DNA from: Phoronis australis
Lineage: Eukaryota > Animalia > Phoronida
Length of the DNA: 64,000 nucleotides
Assembly (NCBI GenBank): GCA_002633005.1
Contig: NMRA01000679.1
Span: 127,801-191,800, forward strand
Reading direction: 5' to 3'
In this document: positions 1 through 12,760 of the stretch, one piece after another
Numbering within the stretch: the stretch's first letter is position 1
Layout of the letters: each line of letters starts with the position of its first letter
The notes under the pieces: model-generated
Told to the model about the DNA's origin: nothing
The model's input: only the letters and a program-made list of their open reading frames with translations
The model's database searches: none
Position numbers and translations under genes: made by a program

Positions 1-373
1 GTCACTCACACTACTGTCACTGTGATACGGGTCACCGACTCCAGCCATTTTCAGCTTACAACACACTAAACAATCCCTAAATCCAACGTAGTTGAGTTCT
101 CTACTAACCTATCTTGCCGCAGAATACTCGCCGATGGAAAGTGGTGGCGACAATTGTTGAAAAACAGCACAAAACAAAAGTAGAATAGAACAGATTCGCA
201 TGGTAAAGTCAACGCAAAACCAAGTGGCGGAAACCCTTGCCTCCTAAAACGTCACTTCCGGAGTAGCAGACGAGTAATTAATAAAATTACGAAAAGCTGT
301 AATTAAATGGTCTAGGATAACCAACCAACCTTATTTTAGCTCAAAATGACATGGAAAAAGGTTGCCTTCGCCT
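1..373. mobile_element. Right arm of TTAA-flanked Kolobok-like MITE (same family as 8876-9352)
   Basis: About 225-373 aligns to 9197-9352 and ends GGTTGCCTTCGCCT followed by TTAA (374-377). Left end is outside the window or diverged. Confidence 0.7.
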
Positions 374-379
374 TTAAGC

Positions 380-1179
380 TGTATGGCAGATAGGGAAGTA
401 GACGCCAAAAAACAGACAGAAAAATAACAAAAATGACCACCATGTAGCACAGAAAAATCTAACCTTTCCAAAAACGGACGACCCTGTTGTCTCTTTATTA
501 GAAGCCTATTTTCCCAATTTCATGAAAAATCCCAAAATACAGAGGCAAATGTAAAAGAATTGCCACTCGGGGAACAGTCAGGTATTTAGATGAGCTTGAC
601 ACTTGTTACCGTTTGCTGATGGCTCCATAGGAATACATCTTTCAAATTTCATAAAGTTCCTTCAGAGGGTTAATGTTATTTGGCCGCGGACTCAAAAAAA
701 AACAAAATAGCCACTGGGGAGCGACACAGTAGTCAGACTCATCCAAAAGTTAACATCAGTCGTGGCCTTCTCATCAGCAACACATCTGTAAATTTTTATA
801 ATGATTATTCAAGTGGTACACCAGATAGAGAGGCAGACGCCAGAAAATGGGACGCAAAAGAGTGCACAAAATGGCACAACATCCATCCGAAAATAAAAGC
901 ACATCACCGCCTCTGTATTAAAAACTTATTTGCCCAAGTTCATGAAAATCCGTCAAGCAACTCTGAAGATAGAAAAGGCAAACGTAAAAAATAAAGCACA
1001 GTGGTATTGGAGTCAGTCTGAAACTCGTCATCTGTCATCAGCCACATAGGAACACAACGGCCAAATTTCAATATAATCGTGCCAAAGGTTTAGGGAATAC
1101 AGCCACTGACGCTGGACGTCCAGACAGAGATGACGGTAATATGAACCCACATTTAAATAGTTATGTGGGTGCATAAAAA
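380..1179 (+). mobile_element. HINE/DINE-like (Helentron-associated) element, family 1, 5'-truncated
   Basis: Contains the family tandem subunits (ttgccact.ggg..ca, gtagtcaga.ccatcc) and the 3' hairpin ATGAACCCACAT...ATGTGGGTGCAT followed by AAAAA, as at 50872-50907. Confidence 0.7.
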
Positions 1180-1204
1180 TGTAGTTGGGTCTTTTTGAAC
1201 ATAC

Positions 1205-1333
1205 TTCTCATTTTGAAGCAAACTCTTGTCCAATATAGATGACATCAGACCCTTCATGACCTCGTCAAATCTGTCACTGATGGTCTCAAACATATCTACT
1301 TCCATCATGTCAACAACCACAGGTTTTCCAAAT
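1205..1333 (-). CDS. IQANK1: IQANK1-like exon 13 (RFGKPVVVDMMEVDMFETISDRFDEVMKGLMSSILDKSLLQNE)
   Basis: Acceptor CTTCAG|A, donor AA|GTATGT; 129 nt; frame continues into an exon outside the window. Confidence 0.88.
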
Positions 1334-3474
1334 CTGAAGCAAGATTGAAGCAAACGACAATTAAACAGAGAAAACATTCACAGATGCTACCAGACTAAAT
1401 TAGATATGAACAAATTTTAATGTTGAGCATTTCACTTGAAATTTGGAGAAGGCTGAGGTGATTAAAATAACACGAGTCTGACACAACACTATTACATACT
1501 GGTATATACTGATGTTTGACAAATTGGTCTTGCTCCACAATAGACAGGAAATAATCATGTTTTCTGCACTCTTGCCAGATTTTACAAAGCTTAACTTCAA
1601 ATGAAAATGATTAGGACAGTAGACTAAGAAAACAAAAAATGTAGATATCACTTACAATGTTCTTTCTAAAACACATAGCTCATAACTTTCATCTAAACAG
1701 TCAATTTACTTTGAAGATAAAGGCCTAATTTCAACAGGAACCACAAAAAAGTGTATTTGCACCACTATGCTGTAACCGTATTATTTATAGTTTAATAAAT
1801 ATCACAACTTAAAATGAACATCACAACCTTGCGTACCAACAAAACGGGACATGGCATAGGAATAGGCCACCATAGAGCACCATAAAAAATCCTCTAGAGA
1901 TGCCAGATGCCATGACATTTTTCTTTCACCTTTCACAAAAACTTCAACCAATCTTAGCTAAGACTGTTCATTGAACAGAAACAAAAAATAATTTTAAGAC
2001 AAATCTTGAACTTAAGAAAAAATGAACTTAAAAGTCCATTTCTTGGAACAGGTGCCTGGCGTTTTGTGTGATAAATGCTCAGACATCGATAAGGCTTAAC
2101 TCACACTGGTTGATAAAACTACGGAAGTTTCAAAATCAGCTAATCCTGGAGGCCTTCAGCTTTTAGATCACAAAAATCAATCAATGAGAAGCAAAATTCT
2201 GACAGTACAATCACTGAAAAGCATGTGTTTTAATAGTTGACAACGGGCTGTGGAGAATGTTCAGGAAGATGATGATTTGCCATGTGGAGAATTTCTCGCT
2301 TACACTGGTCACCACCGAGATTCCCTTTGCCCTCAGACAACTTTTAAAATGCCAATTCAGCGTGTCCCTTTTTGTTCATGTTGACCTAACCTAATGAAGA
2401 GGAAAGGTAATTGCTAGCACTACTTTCCAAATAGTAGAGATTGTTATTTCACCGAAATTGGTTTTCTCTGACATTTGCACAGTTACAACAAATGTTGACA
2501 GTACGGTTTCGATTTGGTACATTTTTAATATTACAAAATAACGAAATGGTGACTCAAGTTCATCTTGACAAAGGGCCATTTCCCAAATGTTTCAAAATGG
2601 TTTTCATCATTTTGTTTTTAATACTCCAGTCTGGTTTCATTTTTTTTTCGCTCTTTTGATTCTATTTTTAAGCTTGAAGTGCAAAACAGTCGGCAGATTT
2701 TGATCGTCAGTGAAACTAAGAAGCCAGCTCTCACTCACCAACACATCTATCGCTTGAATTTTCTCATTGACTTTGAACGTAGCCATAGTTAGTCTTCATG
2801 ACACGTGTTTTATTTGGCAGCTTATAACCGAATATCAGTTTCCGGTTAGCGTGGTACTCCTCAAATAAAGTACTTCGATATGACAGGGTCATAAGCGCCG
2901 TCTTTAAAAGCTTTTAAAAGCATTAATTTGGACACAATGAGTTGTTTCCGTTTGTTGTAATGCAGTTTAGTTGTATACCAAGGAAATAATTACGATCAGC
3001 GTTTGTAAATCCTCTGAGTTTATCTTTAATCTGGAACAAATATCCTTAGTTTTTAACTTATTAGTTTATCAATATTTAAAATTGAAAATGGTATTGTGTT
3101 GGTTTTTCCAACTAAATGCTGCCGTATTGTTTATTTTTAACAAACATTATTGGTTCACCTATTTTAAAATTTGCCACCACATGCAGGCAGAAATATGGTG
3201 GAGTACTGAATTACACTTAATACTAGGGTCTTGTTTGCACCGGACAATGTGGTCATCACAACTATGTTCGACTCTGGCGACATGCTCTCTTTAATCCTGG
3301 TGAAAGCCGCTCAGAACACGGCTGAAAGAGCAGCAGTGAAAATTCCTGCATATCTTTGGAAATGCACATTTTCCTTTTAAGCAAATTATTCACGGCATGT
3401 CTACCGCCCAGCATTTGGGATGGCCACTACATGACAGAAAGTTGCAGTAATGGTTGTTTACTAATCCAACAAAC

Positions 3475-3609
3475 CTAATAGCTCCAAGAATGGCCAGTCG
3501 GATCCTGTTTGGTTCCATCTGTGACATGCTGAGGGCATTTAAGTAGTTGGTATCTCGATACTGCAGGAATGTGGCTGCCTGACCACTGTAGTCTATCACC
3601 ATGGGCCAT
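3475..3609 (-). CDS. IQANK1: IQANK1-like exon 12 (RWPMVIDYSGQAATFLQYRDTNYLNALSMSQMEPNRIRLAILGAI)
   Basis: Acceptor TCTCACAG|A, donor AG|GTTTGT; 135 nt, phase 2-2. Confidence 0.9.
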   Translation of the reverse strand: MAHGDRLQWSGSHIPAVSRYQLLKCPQHVTDGTKQDPTGHSWSY

Positions 3610-3793
3610 CTGTGAGAAACATTAAAATCAGTATTCAACAACATGCAAAATTCAAATCTGTGACTCAATTCATGAAAAGAATATTGTACAAAAAATCTAC
3701 AAAATTCATCAATAACATAAACATTCATTTAGCAGAACATTGTAAGATTTGAAATTGGACCCAGTATTCATTCAGTGAGTCCAATTACAGCTA

Positions 3794-4975
3794 CCGTATT
3801 CGCCCAAAAAAGCGCCCATGCTCTTATAAGCGCCCCCACACATTTTCAGACTTTGCTAAAATAGGCGCTGCCCATGAACGTGTGTACACATGCGAAAAAT
3901 GCCTTACATCCAGTTCTAAAATTCTACAGTAACGTCTTCAATTTATCAATAATATCTGACAGTCCTGATAAAAATCATTGTACACTACGAGCCGCCGCTG
4001 TGTCAGTATTCCGCCGTGACTATACTTCCACAGTGCTCAAAATGAACGCAAAAGTTTTGCTGATCTTGCAAGGAACGTATTCCATTATGGTCAGGCCTTT
4101 GAGAACAAATGAAGCGTACTTATCAATGTGATTGTATTGTATCTTTCCCGTACATATCTTCTCCCTCAACAGGAATCCAGATTTCTTTGTACATGTGAAA
4201 ACCGCGAATTGAAGATTAATAAAACTTGACCAGTGTTAAAAGCACAAGGCCAGGAAGCTCGTGTTATGTACATGTAGGCCTGCAACTAGGGCAAGTGAAC
4301 TCTGATGATACGCAGGCGCTTGCTCACTCGGCACACACCTGTAGACAAACTTCAAAACAAACGTCACGTGACAACAACATTTACGTTCGTCGCTGTTCGT
4401 CCATATTTTTCTTGTGTTGTGGGGTGCAATCTAGCACAGATTTGGACTTAATCTGAAGTTAAACCCGAATCCACAGGAACTTAAAAATCTTAGTGACGCT
4501 ATTTGGAAAATAAAAGGATTGTATTTTTTTCATATTAACATTTTATTTCTAAATACACTAAAATATATAACAATGAGATATATGCAAATGAAACACAGGC
4601 ACAAACACACCCATACGCACATATCTAAATAATAGAACTTTACGGTTGATCTATTTTTATTCAAAAATTCAAGTTGCCCTATCGACGATCGCAAGGCAGC
4701 GACGAATCAGTCGGCGAGTTTTTGCCCAGGGATTTAAGCACAATTTTCTGAAAAAAGATCTAACTTAACAAAGAAGCTTGATAGCAATGCACCATCGTTT
4801 TCTGGAAAGTCTATCATAGGTTACAGATACATCGCAGAGCATAAATTTGATGAATCCTAGCTTCCGATTTCACTTGTTTCGGAGACTGGGTTTCAACTGC
4901 CTAAGGCTACAATAAGCACTCCCTCCCGAAACGAATTTTTCTAAGCGCCCTAGGCACTTGATAGGGTGAATACGG
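3794..4975. mobile_element. Non-autonomous DNA transposon with CCGTATTC TIRs (Tc1/mariner/pogo-like, TA target) carrying a degenerate HIRAN-like ORF on the minus strand
   Basis: TA|CCGTATTCGCCC at 3792 and GGGTGAATACGG|CA at 4975; internal minus-strand SSIRGFHMYKEIWIPVEGE...NHIDKYASFVLKG...YVPCKISK (about 4020-4216). Partial copies at 26515-26840 and 52537-52990. Confidence 0.7.
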
Positions 4976-7356
4976 CAGTGCAATTCAAACTTGTTATTCC
5001 ACTTAACTACTGATACAGATATCATATTTTGCCATTTTTCAAAAGCTTACTCCAAAGAATTGAATTATTACCAAGTTATGACAGACGTACAGCATCTGCT
5101 AACTAAGAAAATTTTTTATTTGATTAGCATTCATCTGCATTTCATCTGTGTATTGCGTCTTAAATAGGTGAAGAATTGCCATACTTAGCTAAATTTGAGC
5201 AAGCTTTATGAGATATAACATGTCAATTTATTTGATATTTTTCTCCTCCAAGTTTAAATTTCTTTGCTATATTAATGTGATGGAAGGCGGAGCCTAGGTT
5301 GCGGGTGAAAGCCAACATTTAACATTAAAAAAATCTGACCATTATCACAGTGAATGAAACATTACAAGTTAGGACTGTTAGTAATGAAAAAGATTACTAA
5401 AGCACAACTCAACAATATGATCGGCACAAGGTTTCTGCAGAATAGTTGAGACAAACCCATAATTGTCCATTTGTTTTGTTTGAAGTTCTCACTTTCACCG
5501 CCGTGGTCAGTGACTACTACTCCACCACACACGGTGCCACAGAGGGTTGTCAGTATTCAATGTTGTAAACATTGCAACACTGTTCTACTCTCTTGGCATG
5601 ATGAGGTCCCTAAACAAAGAGTTGAATTTTAGACTGATCTGCAACGCCACTTTGTAATCCAGCCATACGACTTGTATGCGGGTGTAACGGTATATTTTCA
5701 AAACGGCCGATGATACTTTTGGATAGTTCTAATGACAAAGACCACACAAACTGAATCTTCAGCATCATTCAGCTATAGTCTGATGTGCAGTTTTAACTCG
5801 TTGAAACTGTCAACAGTTTGCCCACTCTGCATTGGTTGTTTTATTTCAACTTCAGTTTCTGTGTGCGCTGGATATTTGGAACATTGTGGTCTTTGTAGTT
5901 GGTTGTCGACATGACATGTTTTCACTAGTCATGAGAAACAACTTTACCGACAACATGGTAAGTTTATATTACGCGAAGTCCATTTGCAAAGCAAATAACT
6001 ACTTAACATTAAAATAGAACAACAAATATCTCTATCAAAATGTGTCAATGGTCATATCATTGTTAACTGGCAGAAGGCTGGGTGGTCAGACCAGTTTCGT
6101 TAATTTACTGTACAGGCAACCATTGGCTTAAGCGATGAAAACGGGGGTTGGATATCGTGTCATGATGAATGCGGTAATCAAGTTTTCCCACAAAAACGAA
6201 TCAAACAAAGTCTCATTATGTTGTTTTTTAACGCGAACCAATGCATACAAATGTTTTTGATGACTGGTGACACTAAACTGGTTTATGCTGTGACTGAAAA
6301 TTTGAAAGAAAAATCAAAGCGAGAATTTTCGACTATCTGACAGCCATTTTCAGTTGGCTCAGGATGCTTACTGATGGTTACAGCAATAGAAATGTCATGT
6401 TTGAAATTTGTCACAAACTGCACCAAAAAGGTCGATGCATTCCTTTGAGACCTTCTACAAGCCCACTGTCACATGGGATGGTTTATTGTTACTGCCCCTG
6501 CTCCGCCAGCTTACCTCCCTGCGTGAGGAATTTTGGAAATATATGTTATGTTTTTGTTGACTATGCAATATTGTAATGGCAGCTTCCATGTGGCCAAGAT
6601 TTTTCGTCTACAAAATGAAAGTTCGTTGTGGACTTTTAAAGACACAGAGGTAAATGCAAAAAAATAAAATTGCCACTAGGGGCACACCAGTAGTCAGATC
6701 CATCCGAAAGCCATCGTCATTCATTTTTATCTTCACATATTAAATGAACTTGCTAAATTTAGGAAAAAATCTTGCAGAGTGATTAGGCGATACAGCCATG
6801 GGCAAAAAAACTCAGTGTTTAATAAAGGAACCCAATCAATGAATTGGTTACCACAATTGAAGAAAGATAAAGTTTTATAAATAAAGTTCCATGATACGGA
6901 ATCGAGTGCTTTTTAAAAACTGACGCGTACTAGAAGACCTGGAATATTGGTTTTTGAGTTAAATGTCATAAACTGTTCTCATGTTTATACCAATAAAAAA
7001 CCACTCATACACCAATTTTATGGATTGATTTAATATCCAAAACAGATGATGTGTTTGGCAATACAATCCAAAAAATTTGATACGATGTATTAAACAGTGA
7101 GATATGTAAGTATCCAATTACTCAAAAAATCCCTGGGTTGATTTCCTTTAGGAATAATTGATATTACACCTTAATGTTGACTTGCAGGAAATTTTTCCTT
7201 TGAAAGTTATCGTTAAAATAACATATTAAAAACAGAAATATCATACCAAAAAAAAATTTGAAAAACTTAGCATTGAAGGAATCCAGGCCAAGCATTTTAT
7301 TATTTATTCTTCACAACAGATTCTTCATTCAGTAGAATTTTGCCCTCAAGTTTTAA

Positions 7357-8430
7357 AGGAGAATGCCACCCAATTTAGATCGAGTAGTTCTATGGCACGT
7401 TAGATTGCATTACCTGACACCTGAAACTGAAAATCTACTTACTTGTCGGGGCCGCAAAGTGGGTTCCCCTTCCACAGACTGTCAGGGCAAAGGTTGTACA
7501 GTAACAAAGATTTGAATAATGTATTTGTATTTCTAAATAAAGATTCCCCTAACATGTGACCGTAGCATATAAAATAGAGTAATTGTTTCACAACAGCGTT
7601 CTGTCAGCAAATTAGCATGCGCTCACACGGCCTCGGTGCCCGGTCAATTACCTTTGTTGCCAGCATCAAAAGCCGGGCCGGGTAACGCAGTGGTTTATTC
7701 ATTGCTGGCTTCTCAACACATTTGCACTCACGAGAACTCCAAGGCATTACAAATTGTATCTAATGAGACGGACTTTGTTTCAGTTTCATATAAGCATCGG
7801 TTAGGATGAGAATAATTCATTTTGAAACAGAACTCAGAATAATAAACGTCTACATGGCAACTCGCCCGGCGCCAATCCCGACTTAGTCAAGAGCTCATCC
7901 GACGAAGACTTTACGGGTCGGATTGTTAGGTTTCACAGGCTTTCAGTTCGAACCGGAATACACTGATGAAGAAATACTAGAGAGGCGCCGTGAACATGCA
8001 CAGGCAACGGAATGTATGGATAGTTCTTTGGTAAGCCGGAATTCGTCAGAGAAATCACTGTCACCGATGAAATGCCGGCCACAGACACGGAGATGTTTCA
8101 CGGCGTCATACTTGCTATTAACAGCGTACCTTTCATTCTTCACTGCCGGGAGCCACTTCCTTATTATTTCAGGCTCTCAAGGAAGTCTAAAAAACGATAT
8201 ACCCACTTTCTTCGCAGCTTCATAGTTCGAACAAGCCGGAATGATGCACCGCAGTATAGCGGCATTCACTCTGCAGACAAACCACTGACGTCGCTGCGTC
8301 CATTCTGACCTGCCTCACAGGTTAACGCGACACCTCTCGGCAAGGTGAGGTTGACCGTATAAGAGGCGATGTTGATATAGACCGATTAATACCGTAAAAA
8401 AAGACTAATTAAATCGGGTGGTATTCTCCT
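7357..8430. mobile_element. Kolobok-like internal-deletion derivative (TTAA TSD) with THAP remnant (-) and KolX-like N-terminus (+)
   Basis: TTAA|AGGAGAATGCCACCCAATTTA ... TAAATCGGGTGGTATTCTCCT|TTAA. Minus strand C..IPACSN...ISFFRLP*EPEIIRKWLPAVK...LRVCGRHF is a THAP fold; plus strand has GFQFEPEYTDEE. Confidence 0.75.
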
Positions 8431-8875
8431 TTAAGCTTGTTTCTTCCTTCAAAATAGAAATAATTTGGTGGTTTATTGATGTCAGCAAATCAACATCGCT
8501 CAATAAGTTATCATTACTTGATTATAAAGTTTTATAAAAATCATGTATTTCAGTCAAAAGTTTTGGCTGGTCTTTAATAATATGTTTATTTCAATCAATT
8601 TTGAAATTATTCAAGTAATTACGTTTTCCAGGTTTGCGAAGTATTTCGTTCAATTCATCTTGCACAGGCACAAAATGGCCTTTCATAAATTCACCTCGAA
8701 GAGTCTCCAATCCCGCTGACAATTATTCTAAAATCTCATGAAAAATACTCAAATCACTATTGTGGGTCATCTCATGCAAAACGTCACTTAAGTTGTTTAT
8801 GCAAACAAATCATATGTTTACTCATCCCTGTTTTCCTTTTCTTGCAAAAATAAATAGTTGCCAATCGAATTTTAA

Positions 8876-9352
8876 AGGCGAAGGCAACCTTTTTTCATGT
8901 CACTTTTAGCAAAAATAAGGTTCGTTGATTATCCCAGACCCATTTTTCACTTAATTACAGCTTTTCATAATTTGATTAATTTCTCGTCCTCTACTCCGGA
9001 AGTGATGTTTTGGGAGGCAAGAGTTTCGCGCCAATTTCTTTTCGTTATGTTCGGACTGTGAGAGCCGTCGAGTCAGTCATTCTTATACCTCGGTTGTGAT
9101 AAGTTCGGTCGTCGTTTGCTTTTGTTTACAAGTCAGTCAACATGCCACGCTGTTGCTGCGTACTGCTCTCACAGTCAGAATATATGAAAAGAAATTGGCG
9201 CGAAATTCTTGCCTCCCAAAACGTCACTTCTGGAGTAGACGACGAGTAATTAATTAAATTACGAAAAGCAGTAAATAAGTGAAAAATATGTCTGGATAAT
9301 CAACAAACCTTATTTTTGCTAAAAATGACATGAAAAAAGGTTGCCTTCGCCT
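8876..9352. mobile_element. Kolobok-like MITE, about 155-bp imperfect TIRs, TTAA TSD
   Basis: TTAA|AGGCGAAGGCAACCTTTTTTCATGTCA ... TGACATGAAAAAAGGTTGCCTTCGCCT|TTAA; AG-starting TIR with TTAA fits Kolobok better than piggyBac. Confidence 0.8.
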
Positions 9353-9644
9353 TTAAGTAGCATTGCTTAAAAAATAATGAATCATAAATACTCAATGACG
9401 CTCAGTATCTGGAATATTGAAAATGTCTTCAATATCACAGGGAAATGTTGCATATTCTGTATTAACAATATTTATTTTGTTTTTAATTAAATCAACATTA
9501 GTAATCCTTATATTTTAATAAAGAATTGTTAAAACGCCTAAGCTTGAATAAGTTTGTGCACAGTTTTTGAGACAAAGATTCTTGCCAGAATTATTTTTAA
9601 AAGTGCAGCGAATTCAATGTCATATTCAAGAGACAAGAACCTAC

Positions 9645-9744
9645 CTGCCAGAGTCTACAATCTTGTTGCCAACATCCTTCATCAACACGTCATTCAGTTC
9701 CCTTATGTTAACCTTTATGCCAGGTAACTCATCGCCACCAGCCT
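9645..9744 (-). CDS. IQANK1: IQANK1-like exon 11 (EAGGDELPGIKVNIRELNDVLMKDVGNKIVDSG)
   Basis: Acceptor ATACAG|AG, donor CAG|GTAGGT; 100 nt, phase 1-2. Confidence 0.88.
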
Positions 9745-9857
9745 CTGTATAACAAAGCTTACATGTATGCACCTATTTTGATATAGTTTGGTAGCAACCC
9801 CTCCTTAACACAAAATTGAAAACACGACTAAACATTTTGTTTGAAAGCTTGATACAG

Positions 9858-10560
9858 AGTCACTCTTAGTGTGGAACAATCTGCTTTCTTCAGGTGTGCA
9901 GCTAAGTAGTGAAACACCAATAGACATAACAAACAAAAAATTAAAACACTAGCTATATATTTCAAGACCACATACTTCATCATCAGGCAATAAGTGGAAT
10001 GAACATGTCATGTGTATGAATGTCTTACTTCTCATTCCCGTGGACAGCGTTACATTGGACACACGGTGCGTTCTCTTGCGACGATTGTCCATCCACTAGC
10101 AGGGCGGGCCCACTCAAGATCATTTTGTATACCAAAATGGCCCAAAACTAACTAGCCAGGCAAGAAACAGTAAAGAATATTTACCATCATTCGCTATGTT
10201 GAAAATAGAACATTTCGGCTGAAGATTTTAGAATTGCTTTTGATCAGTAACAAAAAAACCTGCGTTGAATAAGCAGCTCACAGGTGTGTACCGTATGCTG
10301 GCTCTGTTTAGATAGCCTTGTGGGCTACCCTATCGTGTGTCACATTCACACTACCTGCTTGTATGCCCCTCTTCCCACTGTCATGTCTATTCCACAGTTA
10401 TTTCACTCATCTGTATATGTTCATTCCACTTATTGCCTGATGATGAGACATGCAGTGTTGAAATATGGCTAGCGTTTTAATTTCTTTGATGTCTATCGGT
10501 GTTTTGCTACATAGCTGCACACCTGAAGAAAGGAGATTCTCTCGACACTATAATCGACTC
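9858..10560. repeat. Inverted pair of Penelope-like terminal repeats with degenerate hammerhead cores
   Basis: 9858-10006 is the reverse complement of 10417-10560; contains CTGATGA...GAAA (10437-10463) and CTGAAGA-aaggagattctctc-GACA (10523-10547). A further fragment lies at about 51660-51780. Confidence 0.55.
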
Positions 10561-11584
10561 AACCTATTTAGGTCCAAATGTCTGTATGAGAAGCTATGCT
10601 GAACTTAGGTAAATTAAGCTTACTAGTTTTGTAAAACATTTGAGAAAAACAGTGGAGCTCTAACCTTGAGCATGTCACTGCCGTAGGTAATACGAAGCAT
10701 TTCCCAAATGGCATCTAAGAATATTTCTTACAGACTAACACCTACAACAGTGCCAAGACTTTTGTGACAAGCTTCTTTGCTTGGGATTAGGGGACAGAGA
10801 TGAGTGTCAGTGTTCAAACCACCGCCTGTTCATGTAATGCAACATTCTTTCCCTGAACATTATAGAAAGAGCAGACTATCAAAACTAAATTAATCATTGA
10901 AAATTGAACCTTTTCATTGTTTGAATGGTAGAAATTGGTTCATCACAACCTGTCATTAAGATAAATGAGAAATAGAGCTACTTAAAAATACCGTTCCTTC
11001 ATTGATATGCACCCCCTCTACTGTGTAACCTGTTGAAGCACCAATGGCTTACTTGACTTGTGCTACTCAGAGCGATGAACCCCAAAGAATGCAACAACAT
11101 TTGAATAAATACACAAAACATACCGAGAGTGACGTAGATAAAATAATAATCCCACGTATCCACGGAGACCGAAGGTCCATACGCGAAATAATGTAGAGTG
11201 GGATATTATTTCATCCATGCCAACAGAGGTATGTTTTGAACACACTTCAAATTTTTGATTTTTTTTGGAAGATTTTTCCAATACTTCACCAAGACTGTTC
11301 ACGTGGTAGATCATCCTATATGTAGGGCGTTAGGTTGCAAGTTTTCCTAATAGTAAAAGAAACAGTTTTTTTTGTGGCGGGATGGGCTGCTGTCCGTTAG
11401 TGAGAGTCACTATTCGTATTCTGATGTCCGTGGTGACATCTACTCTGCAGGCTCTCTGGATACTGTGAGGTTTGAGGCAGTCTTTTATTTATTGGAGTTT
11501 GTGAAGTGTGGCTGTTACGTTCATATGCGTACCACTGCATTCGTTGGTTTTATTATTTACTTTTGAATCGCCAACCCGTTACAT

Positions 11585-11660
11585 AGTTATTTATTATTAA
11601 TGTAATATTTACAATGAGGGTAGCCCCATCAGTTCACACCGCTTTCCATGGGGGCCTGAA
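11585..11660 (-). mobile_element. Possible 3' tail of a CR1/L2-type LINE or SINE
   Basis: Minus strand reads caggccccatggaaagc...ggggctaccct followed by an AT-rich tail, resembling CR1/L2 3' stem-loops. Confidence 0.35.
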
Positions 11661-12549
11661 CACGGACCAGTGACTACAAAATGAAGAATTCAGGAAAGTT
11701 TGGTCATGAAAGTGACTCTTAGTAGTATATTCGTGAACATTTTGTGGGTTCACCTCAACTGCTCACATTTTCACTTTTTGTTTTGACTTCGTCCCTGAAA
11801 CTATGAGGAGTGGAGTTGTTTTAAATCAGAAAGAATGCTTCTCTGACTGTTGTTTTACTGACTCATTTGTGTTGCACGAAGTCACTTGAGTGCTGTTGTG
11901 CGGACTGGGTGTGAACGGAGCATTCCATCAAAATGTGCACGAATGATGAGGGAAACCGCTTTGCCACATGCTAATGCAAAAACCTTGTGAAATTTGGAAA
12001 AACTGCTTTTTGTGACTTGACGTGACAGTTGAGAAGAACCTCCGGGAGACACTCGACCTGAACATTGACAAGTTTTTGCGATAGCCGCATGGAGGAGCGC
12101 TGCACAGCCGCATGACTTAGTTCGCTTCAGATCCAATATGGTGTCACACATGACCTAACAAAGACTGTTAGTGGTTTGAGGAGCATCAAATGATTAAGTG
12201 GGTGGTTGTGGTTATTGTTCGCTGTTGGGATATTGTATATTGGTGATTTTATGCTATGCTTTGTTAACAATAACGATGGTGGAAGCAGACAGCGTTTCGG
12301 AACCTAGCTGTATTGGAGACTGTAGAACTTTAAGTAGTTTTAGTGTCAGTGTGCGTGCAAACTTGATGGCCTTTGCTTCTGCAGGGGTGCATGCCCAAAG
12401 TCAACCCCTGGTACTCTCAAGCAGTCCCCACCATTGTCAGACTGAGTTTGATGATGGAAGTTTAAGTGAATTAGGGCACTCTGCTCCTCTGCGTATAAGT
12501 ATCTTCTCAAGTAGCAACCAGAAATGGGATGCTACCTATCGCCAGTGTA

Positions 12550-12760
12550 AGTATTAAATCAGGGCTTTAGAACTTAATGGGTGCTGATAAATCCGATATC
12601 ACTCCGTAACATGCTCACAAGAATGGCTTATTTGAACGCTTTAACCACACATTGTTGAATATGTTAAGTTCATTACATGACGATCAGAAATCCATGTGGC
12701 CTAGTTATGTTGCTAAGATGTGTTTTGCTTAAATGTTTGGCCGTTTCTATCTGACCATGG
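12550..12760 (+). pseudogene. Gypsy integrase remnant
   Basis: Translates ITP*HAHKNGLFERFNHTLLNMLSSLHDDQKSMWPSYVAKMCFA*, matching the rve C-terminal TPYHPxxNGxxERFNxTL motif. Confidence 0.65.

Noticed and set aside
2640-2790. Minus-strand MATFKVNEKIQAIDVL, Tudor/chromo-barrel-like start followed by GTGAGT
   Set aside because: Too short, and no compatible downstream exon or element ends were found.
5600-5950. Minus-strand peptide QSGQTVDSFNELKLHIRL...VFVIRT, reminiscent of Mutator/ZSWIM N-termini
   Set aside because: Several stops, no catalytic motifs or TIRs identified; cannot be supported without a profile search.
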